From Acidobacteriota bacterium (GTDB lineage Bacteria > Acidobacteriota > Blastocatellia > RBC074), in the NCBI GenBank assembly GCA_018268995.1, contig JAFDVL010000009.1, positions 987 through 64,986 of the forward strand: a DNA stretch of 64,000 bases, read 5' to 3'. A model generated the notes under the pieces. That model saw nothing but the letters and a program-made list of their open reading frames with translations. It made no database searches and was not told the DNA's origin. How positions within the stretch are numbered: the stretch's first letter is position 1; every line of letters begins with the position of its first letter. Below, piece after piece: positions 10,228 to 19,324 of this stretch. The position numbers and the translations under genes were made by a program.

Positions 10228-10280
10228 TTCATTTCTCTACCTTCAGCCACTACCAGAAATCAAAGGGCAAAGGCAAAAAT

Positions 10281-10991
10281 ATGGCAGTGACTAAATCAGG
10301 ATTAGCAATTCCGGCAATCGAAGCTGAGCGCAAAGGCAAGCACGAAACGTATACGCGCGAGCATCCGTGGCTCGTGCGTTTTACGCATTGGCTCAATGCT
10401 ATTTCGTTGTTGGTGATGACGGCGAGTGGGCTGCAAATTTTTATGGCGTTTCCCAGCTTCGGCGACAAAATTCCGCAGAAAGACTTGGTACACGTGCCCG
10501 CAGTTTTAGGCCTTGGCGGCTGGCTCGGCGGGGCGTTGCAATGGCATTACAGCTTTGCTTTTTTGTTTACGGCAACCGGGCTGGCGTATGTGCTTTACTT
10601 GTCCCTCAGCGGACACTGGCGACAGGTCATTTTGCAGCCGAAAGAATTGCGCGGCATTTGGCCGATGGTGCGGCATTACTTTTTCTTTCAACCCAAGCCG
10701 CCGCAGCTTGAGCCGTACAATCCACTACAAAAACTTGCCTATACCAGCGCGATTTTGCTTGGCATCGGAGCTGTTCTGACAGGCATTGCTTTATCAAAGC
10801 CTGTGCAATTTTCGTGGTTTGTGCAATTGCTGGGGGGATTTGGATTTGTTCGCGTCTTTCACTTTGTCGCAATGGCCGGGTTTTTGGCGTTTATACCGGG
10901 ACATTTGCTGATGGTGGCTTTGCACGGATGGAATAATTTTTATTCGATGATTATTGGCTGGAAACGCAGTCCTGATTATCTTGCGGATTGA
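10281..10991 (+). CDS. Membrane di-haem cytochrome b (cytochrome b561 / Ni-hydrogenase b-type family; likely electron-donor partner MsrQ-like for the upstream molybdoenzyme)
   Basis: Multiple TM helices with conserved His (…HPWLVRFTHWLNAISLLVMTASGLQIF…FHFVAMAGFLAFIPGHLLMVALHGW…). It is co-directional with and 165 bp downstream of the MsrP-like gene. Confidence 0.65.
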   Translation: MAVTKSGLAIPAIEAERKGKHETYTREHPWLVRFTHWLNAISLLVMTASGLQIFMAFPSFGDKIPQKDLVHVPAVLGLGGWLGGALQWHYSFAFLFTATGLAYVLYLSLSGHWRQVILQPKELRGIWPMVRHYFFFQPKPPQLEPYNPLQKLAYTSAILLGIGAVLTGIALSKPVQFSWFVQLLGGFGFVRVFHFVAMAGFLAFIPGHLLMVALHGWNNFYSMIIGWKRSPDYLAD

Positions 10992-10993
10992 TT

Positions 10994-11620
10994 TTAACTC
11001 TCCAAAAACTGCGCTGACAGATAGTTCTTTAATACCAGCATTCCAGCTCTGACTCGGGTTTTCACCGTTCCCAGCGGTAAGTTGAATTTCTCTGCCAGTT
11101 CAGATTGACTGAGTCCTTCAAAATACGCCGATTCGATCAGTCGCCGCTGTTCTGGAAGCAGCTGATTCAATGCGGCGCGCACAAGTTTTTGTCGCTCGGT
11201 ATAGAGAGTGTTTCTTTCAGGATTGTCAGCTGTGACGGCGTGATGCATCACCACATCCAGCGATTCAGTTTCCTGGCGCAAATGTGAGGAAGAGCGCAGC
11301 CGATCAATCGAACGCGTGCGCGCAATCGTCATCAACCAAGAGAGCGGCGTGCCACGCACCGCTTCAAAATTCCCTGCTTGTCGCCAGACTTGCATATAAA
11401 CATCTGTTGTTACTTCTTCCGCCAAACCACGGTCATTCAGAATGCGTAACGCAAGGCTGAAGACAAGGCGGTTCGACTGGTCGTAAAAGTCGGTAAACGC
11501 CTCTTGCTTACCTTGTGCGATAGCCACCAGCAGCGCAGTCAATTGCCGATCAGTTTCGGTTCGCGCTAAATCTCGTACGTGGCTTTGCGAATTGGGTGCA
11601 GTTGCTGCGGGTGACTGCAT
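10994..11620 (-). CDS. ECF-type RNA polymerase sigma factor
   Basis: Region 2 (…EVTTDVYMQVWRQAGNF…) and region 4 (…YFEGLSQSELAEKFNLPLGTVKTRVRAGM…). Its stop codon lies 2 bp from the stop of the convergent cytochrome b gene. Confidence 0.85.
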   Translation of the reverse strand: MQSPAATAPNSQSHVRDLARTETDRQLTALLVAIAQGKQEAFTDFYDQSNRLVFSLALRILNDRGLAEEVTTDVYMQVWRQAGNFEAVRGTPLSWLMTIARTRSIDRLRSSSHLRQETESLDVVMHHAVTADNPERNTLYTERQKLVRAALNQLLPEQRRLIESAYFEGLSQSELAEKFNLPLGTVKTRVRAGMLVLKNYLSAQFLES

Positions 11621-11634
11621 AGTCAGTTACCTCC

Positions 11635-11859
11635 CTAACAATTTTTAGCTTGTAACGAACTCTCTTCTTCCATCTCGTCAGGTTGATGATTGCGACAGGC
11701 CGTCACCATCCACTGCATTGCTTCCTCTGCGGAAGCTGCTCGTTGGTGCTCACCTTTTTGGATATGTTCAATATCAAAGACAAGCTTTTCAGCGACGGAT
11801 TTTTCCGACTCTTCTTGAATCACCCAGCAACGGACTAAAAACGAACTGTAAAGTTTCAT
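11635..11859 (-). CDS. Small hypothetical protein (74 aa) immediately upstream of the ECF sigma gene
   Basis: The ORF is co-directional and 15 bp upstream of the sigma gene. No domain was recognised, and it may or may not be expressed. Confidence 0.3.
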   Translation of the reverse strand: MKLYSSFLVRCWVIQEESEKSVAEKLVFDIEHIQKGEHQRAASAEEAMQWMVTACRNHQPDEMEEESSLQAKNC

Positions 11860-12046
11860 TGCCTAACCCTTCCTTCTCCTAATGGCATCAATAAACAAAG
11901 ACATCCTACAAAATCGCCCTTCCACAAAAGTTCCGCTTGCCGAAGTTTCGTGCTTCCAGTGAGGTTCCAAATGCGTTCCAAAATGGAAGTGCAGAAATAA
12001 TTGGACTTAAGAGGGTGAAGGAGACAGCGGCAGTGCAAGTTAATTT

Positions 12047-14425
12047 TCAGGGTATTGTACTTTTGAGCCGTTGCAGCAGCGCGGCGTAGCGCGGATCAGC
12101 GCGTAATTTGTCGAGACGCGGATCAGCTTTGATCAGTAGCATGGAAAAAACATGTTCATCGTGGGCTTGATTCAGCAGCTCAAACACGCGATCAAAATCA
12201 CCGAGTTGCAGGTGAACCAATGCCAAATGAAAAGGGGAGACATATTTTGTGGCTGATAACTGTTTCAGTTGCGCGAGCGTTGCTTCGGCTTCGCTTCGTT
12301 GACCTGCTGCTCCGTATGTGTAGCCCAGCAGCGCCAGGATGTAGGCGTTATTGGCAGACATCTCAACCGCTTTTTTCAACGCTGCAATGGCTTGCTGATG
12401 CAAACCCTTTTGGGCATAGGCCAGGCCAATTGTTTGATGCGCTGGGATAAAGGTGGCGTCCATTTCCAACGTTTTGCGGCAGCGTTCAATGGCCTGATCG
12501 TACTGACGCGCAAACCAGTAAATTTCTCCAACATCGTTATTGATGCTCAGCGAAACTGGGTCGAGTTCCTGGGCGCGCTTGATTTGTTGGATTGCTTCGT
12601 CAAGTCGCCCCTGAGCAACCAGGTCATACGCATACCAATGATGTGCGGTCGGATAGTTCGGGTTGAGTTGAAGGCTACGATTAAATGATGCTTCTGCACC
12701 TGTCAAATCCCGATCCTGAATCATTTTGGCAAAAGCCAGAGAGGTATGCGCTTCAGCGAGCGTCTCATCCAACTCAACCGCTTTGATTGCCGTGGATTTG
12801 ACGCGTTTTGCTGTTTCCAATCGCGTTAGGGAATCATCCGGCCAGACGGCGAAAGCATCGGCCAGTCCCGCATACGCCAAGGCATAATTCGGGTCTACTT
12901 TGATGGCTTGCTGATAATATTCGACAGATTTTTTTACTCCTTCGGCAGTGCGTTTATTCCAATAAAACCGGCCTTTTAGATAAGCCTGATACGCTTCGAT
13001 GTTTTCAGTATGCTGCTTGGCCACAAGCTGTTGCTGTTCATTCGTCAACCGCAACTGTAATTTTGCCGTGATCTCACGCGAAATCTCAGATTGGACAGAA
13101 AGCAAGTCGGCCAATTTGCGATTGTATTGTTCGCCCCAAAGTTGCGCGCCATCTTTGACATCAATCAACTCTGCCTGAATGACCAGATCATCGCCACGTT
13201 GTAAAACCCGCCCGGTTAGCAGGGCCTGAACTTTCAGTTCGCTGCCGATTTTTTGCGGATCAACTTCGCGACCTTTGTACCGAAACGAGGTCGTGCGCGC
13301 CATCACGCGCAGGTTTGGCAAATGGGAAAGGCTGTTAATCAGGCTTTCTGTGATGCCATCGCTTAAATACTCAACGTTCGCATCGGCACTGGTAAATGGC
13401 AAAACGGCAATAGCCTCGACCTCTTGTTGATTTCGGCTACGGAAGAAAAATGCTCCGGCCAGCGTGCCAATCAACAAAAGCGCGATAAGCGCACCGATCA
13501 GCAGGCGGGAAGACTTACGGGGAATCGGAATTGGTTCAGCCGTAGCGGGAGCGACGGCCAGCGCTTCTTCCTTTTTTGCCAGGGGCGAGGGAGCTATGGC
13601 ATTTAGTCGAAGCTCCGCACTTTGCAGCACAGGCTGAATTTGTCCCGCCGCAATTTGCTCATACAAGGCAATTGTTTTGGGTTCCGGCTCTGCATCTAGT
13701 TCTTTGCGCAAAATAGCCTGGCACCGTTGGAATTGTGACAACGCTTCATGCCGACTGCCAATCAAGGCGTACAGACGCATGAGTTGCCGATGAGCGGATT
13801 CATGAGACGGATTGAAGGCGATCAGGTGCTGGATTTGTTCAATGCTTTGCTGCCATTGCCCGGCTGCTTCATAGATTTGCGCGGATTCAGAAAGCAATCG
13901 TTCAGCCAGCCGACTTAAGCGCTCCCGCCGGGCCGCTGCCCAGTCTTCGTAACGATCTTCGGCCAGCAACTCTCCGGCATATAACTTCAACGCCGCTTCA
14001 TAATCACTGATGGCTTTGGTCTTGAGTGCAACGGTTGCGCATTGCTCAAATTCTTCGACATCAATCCACAAACCACCGGGGGCGCGTAATAATACGTGTT
14101 GGTCGTGCGTCAGAATAAAGCGTGAATCGGTGCCGGATTTTAGCTCCGGTTCCAGCGCACGTCGTGCCGCGTGAATGATTTTGTTCAGATTATTGGCGGC
14201 TAGCTCAGGCTCTTGTTCCGGCCATAAGAATTCCATTAACTGTTCGCGATGGAGTTGATGCTGTGGTGTGAGGGCGAGAATTTTGAGCAGGGCTTTGGCT
14301 TTGCGGCGAGTCCATACACGTTCTTCGATCAGCAGGCCATCAACACAGATGCAAACTGACCCAAGCAAACGCAATTCAAGTTTTCCAGTAGTGGCTGGCT
14401 CCTGACTTGTCATTTTGTATCTCAC
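12047..14425 (-). CDS. Membrane-spanning one-component transcriptional regulator: N-terminal OmpR/SARP-type winged helix + BTAD, single TM, periplasmic TolB-N-like module and C-terminal TPR array (CadC/ToxR-like topology)
   Basis: wHTH (LELRLLGSVCICVDGLLIEERVWTRRKAKALLKILAL…). TM (LLIGALIALLLIGTLAGAFFF). A conserved post-TM module (IAVLPFTSADANVEYLSDGITESLINSLS…VQALLTGRV…LIDVKDGAQLW) is shared with ORFs 40487..42481 and 42626..44569, followed by many TPR-like repeats. Confidence 0.75.
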   Translation of the reverse strand: MRYKMTSQEPATTGKLELRLLGSVCICVDGLLIEERVWTRRKAKALLKILALTPQHQLHREQLMEFLWPEQEPELAANNLNKIIHAARRALEPELKSGTDSRFILTHDQHVLLRAPGGLWIDVEEFEQCATVALKTKAISDYEAALKLYAGELLAEDRYEDWAAARRERLSRLAERLLSESAQIYEAAGQWQQSIEQIQHLIAFNPSHESAHRQLMRLYALIGSRHEALSQFQRCQAILRKELDAEPEPKTIALYEQIAAGQIQPVLQSAELRLNAIAPSPLAKKEEALAVAPATAEPIPIPRKSSRLLIGALIALLLIGTLAGAFFFRSRNQQEVEAIAVLPFTSADANVEYLSDGITESLINSLSHLPNLRVMARTTSFRYKGREVDPQKIGSELKVQALLTGRVLQRGDDLVIQAELIDVKDGAQLWGEQYNRKLADLLSVQSEISREITAKLQLRLTNEQQQLVAKQHTENIEAYQAYLKGRFYWNKRTAEGVKKSVEYYQQAIKVDPNYALAYAGLADAFAVWPDDSLTRLETAKRVKSTAIKAVELDETLAEAHTSLAFAKMIQDRDLTGAEASFNRSLQLNPNYPTAHHWYAYDLVAQGRLDEAIQQIKRAQELDPVSLSINNDVGEIYWFARQYDQAIERCRKTLEMDATFIPAHQTIGLAYAQKGLHQQAIAALKKAVEMSANNAYILALLGYTYGAAGQRSEAEATLAQLKQLSATKYVSPFHLALVHLQLGDFDRVFELLNQAHDEHVFSMLLIKADPRLDKLRADPRYAALLQRLKSTIP

Positions 14426-14499
14426 ACAAAACCGGGTGTTTCGAGCGCTATTCTAAACTACGAAGCAAGTCGAGAGAAGGCTGGGAACGGTTTTAGAGA

Positions 14500-14573
14500 G
14501 ACGGCAGAAGCCCGACTGTGAAGGAGGGCGTGGTTTCTGTTACGCCCTCCTTCACAGTCGGGCTTCTGCCGTC
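14500..14573. repeat. Copy 2 (perfect 31-bp stem, 12-nt loop) of the same hairpin repeat family as 10154-10227
   Basis: GACGGCAGAAGCCCGACTGTGAAGGAGGGCG / CGCCCTCCTTCACAGTCGGGCTTCTGCCGTC are exact reverse complements. The element lies in the divergent intergenic region between the CadC-like regulator and the large secreted protein gene. Confidence 0.8.
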
Positions 14574-14784
14574 TGCACGGTTCTTTCTCAAAACACATTA
14601 TTCAGCGACGAATAGACTGAATTATGCTAAGCTGACGCAGTTTTTATAAGCTCCCACAACTTAGCCGGCACGTGCTCGTAACAGAGCAGCAAAAATATTT
14701 CTATCCTCGCCACTTGAATAAAAAGCAAGCGGCACTCCCCCCAGTTGATTTTGTCTGCTTGCGAAATAAAACGAGGAAACTACG

Positions 14785-17700
14785 ATGAAAAAGCAAATTC
14801 TGGTGTATCTGTTCGCCCTATTTTTATTGGGTCAGGCCGCGTTCGCTCAGCAAAAAAAGATTTATATCGCGCTCGACGATCATACTGATTATGTTTACGC
14901 CCTGGACGAAGAAGAGCATCGGCAAATCTTTCTGGAAACGTTGGATTACTATTTAAACCTCGCCGACGCTACCGCCAATAATCCCTCTGCACACCAAAGC
15001 CGTTGGAACTGTGATGGCAGCTTTTGGCTGTGGACTTACGAGAAAAACAAATCGCAGGCGGACTTTGATCGCCTGATCAATCGCGTTCGTGATGGGCATA
15101 TCAGTGCGCCGCTGAATGCATTGGTTTCGACCTATGGCGCGCAACCCTCCGAAGCTGTGCTACGGGGTATGTATTATCCCGGCTCGCTTGAACGGCGGTT
15201 TGGTTTGCGGTTCCCGCTGGCTGTGGCGATGGAAAACGCGACGATCCCCCTGGGGCTGGGCGCGCTCTGGGCTGGAGCGGGTGCGAAATACAGTTGGCGC
15301 GGCATTTGCGGTTGCGCCTCCAAAACTCCTTATGGCGGAAACCGACCAGACATTTATTGGTGGCAGGGGCTGGATGGCAGTCGCGTGCTGATGAAATGGA
15401 ATTACTTTTACCCGTATGAAGGCGCTTCGATTGGGGATTATCAGGAATGTCGCTTTCCTGAACGTGCAGTGAATACTGTCGAGACGAATCAAAACTTCCT
15501 GACCAATTGGCCTTACAACGTGATCGGCATTTTCGGCAAAGGCGGCGATGATGCGAAAACCTTGACCGATAGTTTCGTAACGTTTGCCCAAACTAACTCC
15601 AATGCAAATCGCCAGATTGTCGTTTCCAATCAGGAAGATTTCTTCCGCGACTTTGAATCCAGTTATGGCGCAAGCGTCCAACCGCACACGGCAAGCTACG
15701 GCAACGAATGGGATATATTATGTGCCTCAATGGCAGAGGTCTCAGCCAGCGTCAAGCGCGGCGTTGAGAAGCTGCGCGGGGCTGAAGCCATTCAAACTTT
15801 AGTGAGTCTGAAAAATCCGAACTTTATGCGTGACCACGTCGCCGAACGTGATCAGACGTGGATGAATTTGGGGCTTTTCTGGGAACACGATTGGACGGCG
15901 GATGGCGCGATTCGGGAACAGCGTGATGAATGGCAGCGAAAAATTGCGAATCAAATCACTGGGTACGTGGATACCCTGGCAAAAGATTCCGCCGCCGCGC
16001 TGGGCGCAATGATTCCAAATCCAAGCAGCAACAAACGTTTCTATGCCTTCAATCAATTGAGCTGGACGCGCACCGATGTTGCCGATGTCGCCTATGCTGA
16101 AACTGATCCGATGCATGTGGTGGATGTCAGCACTGGATTGGAAACGCCTTCGCAATTCGTGACGATTGATGGGCAGCGCTATTTACGGGTGCTGGCGAGC
16201 GACATTCCGCCCGTTGGTTATAAAGTCTTTGAGATTCGCTCCGGCACGCCGGGCAATTTTTCTGATGCCGCCAGCGTTTCCGGCAATGTGATTGAGAATG
16301 CGTTTTATCGTCTGACGATTGGCAACAATGGCGCGATCAAAAGCCTGATTGACAAGACACGCGGCGATCAGGAATTTGCCCGCGAAATTAATGGCAGATT
16401 CATCAATGATCTTGGCGCAAGCGAAGGCAGTTTTGAGGTCGAAAGCGTTGGCCCGGTTTCTGTGACGATCAAAACTATCGCTACTGCCCCGTTGCAACAC
16501 ACCACACGCATCACTTTATTCCGCGATTCCGACCGCATCGAAATCCGCAATGAAATTAACCAGAATTTCAGCGAGGTTCATACGTGGGGATACAGCTTTA
16601 ATCTGGACAATCCCGATACGTGGCATGAAGAAGTTGGCGCAGTCATTCGCGCTAAGCAACTGGCACAAGGCGGACATTATGCAGATCGCGGCGCGCGGCT
16701 GGATTGGCAAACGCTCAACCATTTTGCCGATATGACAGGCAGCAATAACACAGGCGTGACCCTGTCGAATGCGGATTGTTATTTCATGCGCGTTGGCAAT
16801 AGCGACGTGCTGACGCTGGACACCAACACGCCGCAGCTTTCACCGCTGGTTGGTGGGCAGGTTGACGGCGCTCGCCTTGGAATTTCAGATCAGGCAGGTG
16901 ACGCAAAATTCTTGCAACGCTTCGCCTTGAGAACACATGGCGAATACGACGGAACGGCGGCAATGCGCTTTGCTCTGGAGCATCAGAATCCCTTCGTTGC
17001 ACAACTGATTACAGGTGGGAGCGGCTATCCTGAAACGACCTATTCGCTGGTGAATATTTCCGATCCGAATGTGTTGTTGTGGTCAATCAAACCGGCAGAA
17101 GAAGGTATCGGGCAAGGCATCATTGCCCGTGTGTACAATGTCGCGAATCAAGCGACAAATACTTCCTTGCAATTGGCCAATTCTATCACCAGTGCCAATC
17201 GCACATCACACATTGAAACCAATCTGGATTCAGTTGCACCCAATGATGGTACGCTCCCGCTCACTTTTGCGCCTCAGCAATATCAAACCTTCCGCCTGTT
17301 TACGAGCGAAGTCATTAACGATGTGCCGCCTGCGGTCAGTATCGTTGGCGTAAGCAACGGTTCTTTATTTGCCGCGCAATCGAATATTCGACTGGATGCC
17401 GTCGCCAGCGATGCCGATGGGAGTATTGCGAAGGTTGAATTTTTCGATGGGACGACGAAGCTTGGAGAAGCTGCCGCTGCGCCGTATAGCCTGACCTTGA
17501 ATTCACTTCCATCTGGCAGCCATCAATTCATTGCCCGCGCGACAGACAACAAAGGCAAAGCTGTTTCTTCCGCCCCAATCCGCTCGATTGTGACGAATGC
17601 TGTAGCTGGCGTTACCAGCGTTTCTGCCGCAAGCTATCGTCGTGTCGTGTTGGCGCGCGGGGCAATCGCTTCGGCCTTTGGCACAAACCTGGCCACTGCC

Positions 17701-18321
17701 TCTGGCAGTGCAACGGGCACTCCGTTGCCGACGAATCTGGCAGGCACGACCGTCACAGTCAAAGACAGTTTAGGACGACAGCGATTTGCCTCTTTGTTTT
17801 ATGTGTCGCCAACGCAGGTCAATTATCAAATCCCCGCTGACACTGCGACGGGCACGGCAAAAGTTGAAATCAACAGCCCCGGCATTCCTGCGCAAACGGA
17901 GTTCATTCAAATCACAAACGTTATGCCCGGATTGTTTTCTGCCACGACTGATGGACAGGGGATTGCGGCGGGCGAAGTGACAAGAATTCGTGGCGATGGT
18001 TCGCGCAGTGAAGAAAAAGTGGTGACGTATGATCCCACGATAGAGAAGTTCGTTGCGCTCCCGATTGATCTTGGGATTGAAACAGATCGCGTCTTTTTGA
18101 TCTTGTACGGCACTGGCCTGCGCGGGCAGAATCTGAAGGCATCAGCTTTTGTTGGCGGTGTAATTACCCCAATTGATTTTATCGGTGCGCAGGGAACGTA
18201 TGTGGGGTTGGATCAAGTGAATTTACTACTGCCTCGCAGCCTGATTGGACGCGGCGAGGTGGATATTCATCTGACAGTGCAGGGACAGGCTGCAAACACG
18301 GTTAAGGTCAAGATCAAGTAA
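14785..18321 (+). CDS. Large secreted (1178 aa) carbohydrate-active-like protein. N-terminal ~800-aa catalytic-like region (glycoside-hydrolase/deacetylase-type fold, family not resolved), bacterial Ig-like (Big) domain and Solibacter-type C-terminal beta-sandwich domain.
   Basis: Signal peptide MKKQILVYLFALFLLGQAAFA. The N-terminal IYIALDDHTDYVY metal-binding-like motif resembles the GH38/GH57/polysaccharide-deacetylase superfamily. A Big-type Ig domain follows (…VASDADGSIAKVEFFDGTTKLGEAAAAPYSLTLNSLPSGSHQF…). The C-terminal ~120 aa (…TQVNYQIPADTATGTAKVEINSPG…VDIHLTVQGQAANTVKVKIK) resembles the TIGR03437 Solibacter C-terminal domain. The family assignment was made without a search. Confidence 0.55.
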   Translation: MKKQILVYLFALFLLGQAAFAQQKKIYIALDDHTDYVYALDEEEHRQIFLETLDYYLNLADATANNPSAHQSRWNCDGSFWLWTYEKNKSQADFDRLINRVRDGHISAPLNALVSTYGAQPSEAVLRGMYYPGSLERRFGLRFPLAVAMENATIPLGLGALWAGAGAKYSWRGICGCASKTPYGGNRPDIYWWQGLDGSRVLMKWNYFYPYEGASIGDYQECRFPERAVNTVETNQNFLTNWPYNVIGIFGKGGDDAKTLTDSFVTFAQTNSNANRQIVVSNQEDFFRDFESSYGASVQPHTASYGNEWDILCASMAEVSASVKRGVEKLRGAEAIQTLVSLKNPNFMRDHVAERDQTWMNLGLFWEHDWTADGAIREQRDEWQRKIANQITGYVDTLAKDSAAALGAMIPNPSSNKRFYAFNQLSWTRTDVADVAYAETDPMHVVDVSTGLETPSQFVTIDGQRYLRVLASDIPPVGYKVFEIRSGTPGNFSDAASVSGNVIENAFYRLTIGNNGAIKSLIDKTRGDQEFAREINGRFINDLGASEGSFEVESVGPVSVTIKTIATAPLQHTTRITLFRDSDRIEIRNEINQNFSEVHTWGYSFNLDNPDTWHEEVGAVIRAKQLAQGGHYADRGARLDWQTLNHFADMTGSNNTGVTLSNADCYFMRVGNSDVLTLDTNTPQLSPLVGGQVDGARLGISDQAGDAKFLQRFALRTHGEYDGTAAMRFALEHQNPFVAQLITGGSGYPETTYSLVNISDPNVLLWSIKPAEEGIGQGIIARVYNVANQATNTSLQLANSITSANRTSHIETNLDSVAPNDGTLPLTFAPQQYQTFRLFTSEVINDVPPAVSIVGVSNGSLFAAQSNIRLDAVASDADGSIAKVEFFDGTTKLGEAAAAPYSLTLNSLPSGSHQFIARATDNKGKAVSSAPIRSIVTNAVAGVTSVSAASYRRVVLARGAIASAFGTNLATASGSATGTPLPTNLAGTTVTVKDSLGRQRFASLFYVSPTQVNYQIPADTATGTAKVEINSPGIPAQTEFIQITNVMPGLFSATTDGQGIAAGEVTRIRGDGSRSEEKVVTYDPTIEKFVALPIDLGIETDRVFLILYGTGLRGQNLKASAFVGGVITPIDFIGAQGTYVGLDQVNLLLPRSLIGRGEVDIHLTVQGQAANTVKVKIK

Positions 18322-18340
18322 GAACATCGGGGAGGAACAC

Positions 18341-18440
18341 CGTACCGTAGACTGTCCAGTCTGCGGAGTCACAGCGACAATTTCCTTGATCAAAACAGGA
18401 CGTTCTTGGCATCAGCCGCAGACTGGACAGTCTACGGTAC
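18341..18440. terminator. Long bidirectional hairpin between convergent genes: 25-bp perfect stem (CGTACCGTAGACTGTCCAGTCTGCGG / CCGCAGACTGGACAGTCTACGGTAC) with a 49-nt loop
   Basis: Seen directly in the sequence. It sits between the stop of the 14785..18321 gene (18321) and the stop of the minus-strand methyltransferase (18432). Confidence 0.6.
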
Positions 18441-19322
18441 AGCGTCTGCGTTCATCTGACGAATCTGTGGCAAATCCTCTTTCCGCAACAGCATCCAGAA
18501 CAAATCATCTGCCAGATAGGGCAACGGCAAATATTCCGGCAGCAAATTCAAGAGCCTCCCTGCCTGGTTTCCTAGCGGTATTCCTTCCAGCTTGTATTGC
18601 AACAATGATTTTGCGTGACCGCCGTTGATCCATTTTGAGGGTCTGCCGCATGCGACTTCTCGAAATCCATATTGTGCAGCCAGTGACTTCAGCGTCGTCG
18701 GCGAAAACCAATGCAACACGCTTGGCGGGCTGTATTCATGCCAGTTCTGGCCAAAGAATCGTGCCGCAAGGCTATCTTTGTTCCAGGTTTCGATGAGCCA
18801 ATATCCTGAAGGTTTTGTCGCATCACAGGCCACTTGCAAGGCGCGTCGCAAATCGGCGAAATGGGCGACGACTTGAATCATGCTGACGAGGTCATATGGT
18901 TCAGTGGTCTGTAAGTTTTCCAATGCGCCTGCCTGCACCGGAATCCCCAGCGTTTCACGCGCATACGACGCCATCTTCGGATTTGGCTCAATGCCGTGCC
19001 CCTGCCATCCACAATCCATAAAGCCCTGGAGCACGAAGCCGGCTGCTGCGCCTACGTCCAGCATCGTTCCCGCTGACAGATAATTCGCTAATCGCTTGCC
19101 GTACCATCGTCCGTGATTGCGCAGGATGCGCGCTTCGCCCAGGTAATCCGGGTAACCCGCGCCGCCACCCTGAAAATATTGGTCATCGTACACTTGTTGC
19201 GTGTGTGTCGCGTCAACTGAAACATCGGCGAAGCGATGGTGACAAGCTGAGCAATCGCGGATTCCATAGCCGTGAGCTGTAAATGTCACCTGACTAGATT
19301 GATTGCAAATCGGACAAAGCAT
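18432..19322 (-). CDS. Class I SAM-dependent methyltransferase with N-terminal Cys4 zinc-ribbon (last gene of the glycosylation operon)
   Basis: Zinc ribbon CPICNQ…CSACHH. Methyltransferase motif I (MLDVGAAAGFVLQGF) and post-I acidic motif. The start lies 3 bp after the stop of the upstream GT-C gene. Confidence 0.75.
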   Translation of the reverse strand: MLCPICNQSSQVTFTAHGYGIRDCSACHHRFADVSVDATHTQQVYDDQYFQGGGAGYPDYLGEARILRNHGRWYGKRLANYLSAGTMLDVGAAAGFVLQGFMDCGWQGHGIEPNPKMASYARETLGIPVQAGALENLQTTEPYDLVSMIQVVAHFADLRRALQVACDATKPSGYWLIETWNKDSLAARFFGQNWHEYSPPSVLHWFSPTTLKSLAAQYGFREVACGRPSKWINGGHAKSLLQYKLEGIPLGNQAGRLLNLLPEYLPLPYLADDLFWMLLRKEDLPQIRQMNADAVP

Positions 19323-19324
19323 TT

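Noticed and set aside
11856-12038. 60-aa ORF upstream of the small ORF and ECF sigma
   Set aside because: It is Cys/Leu-rich with no motif and lies in a probable promoter/UTR region. It is not supported as a gene.
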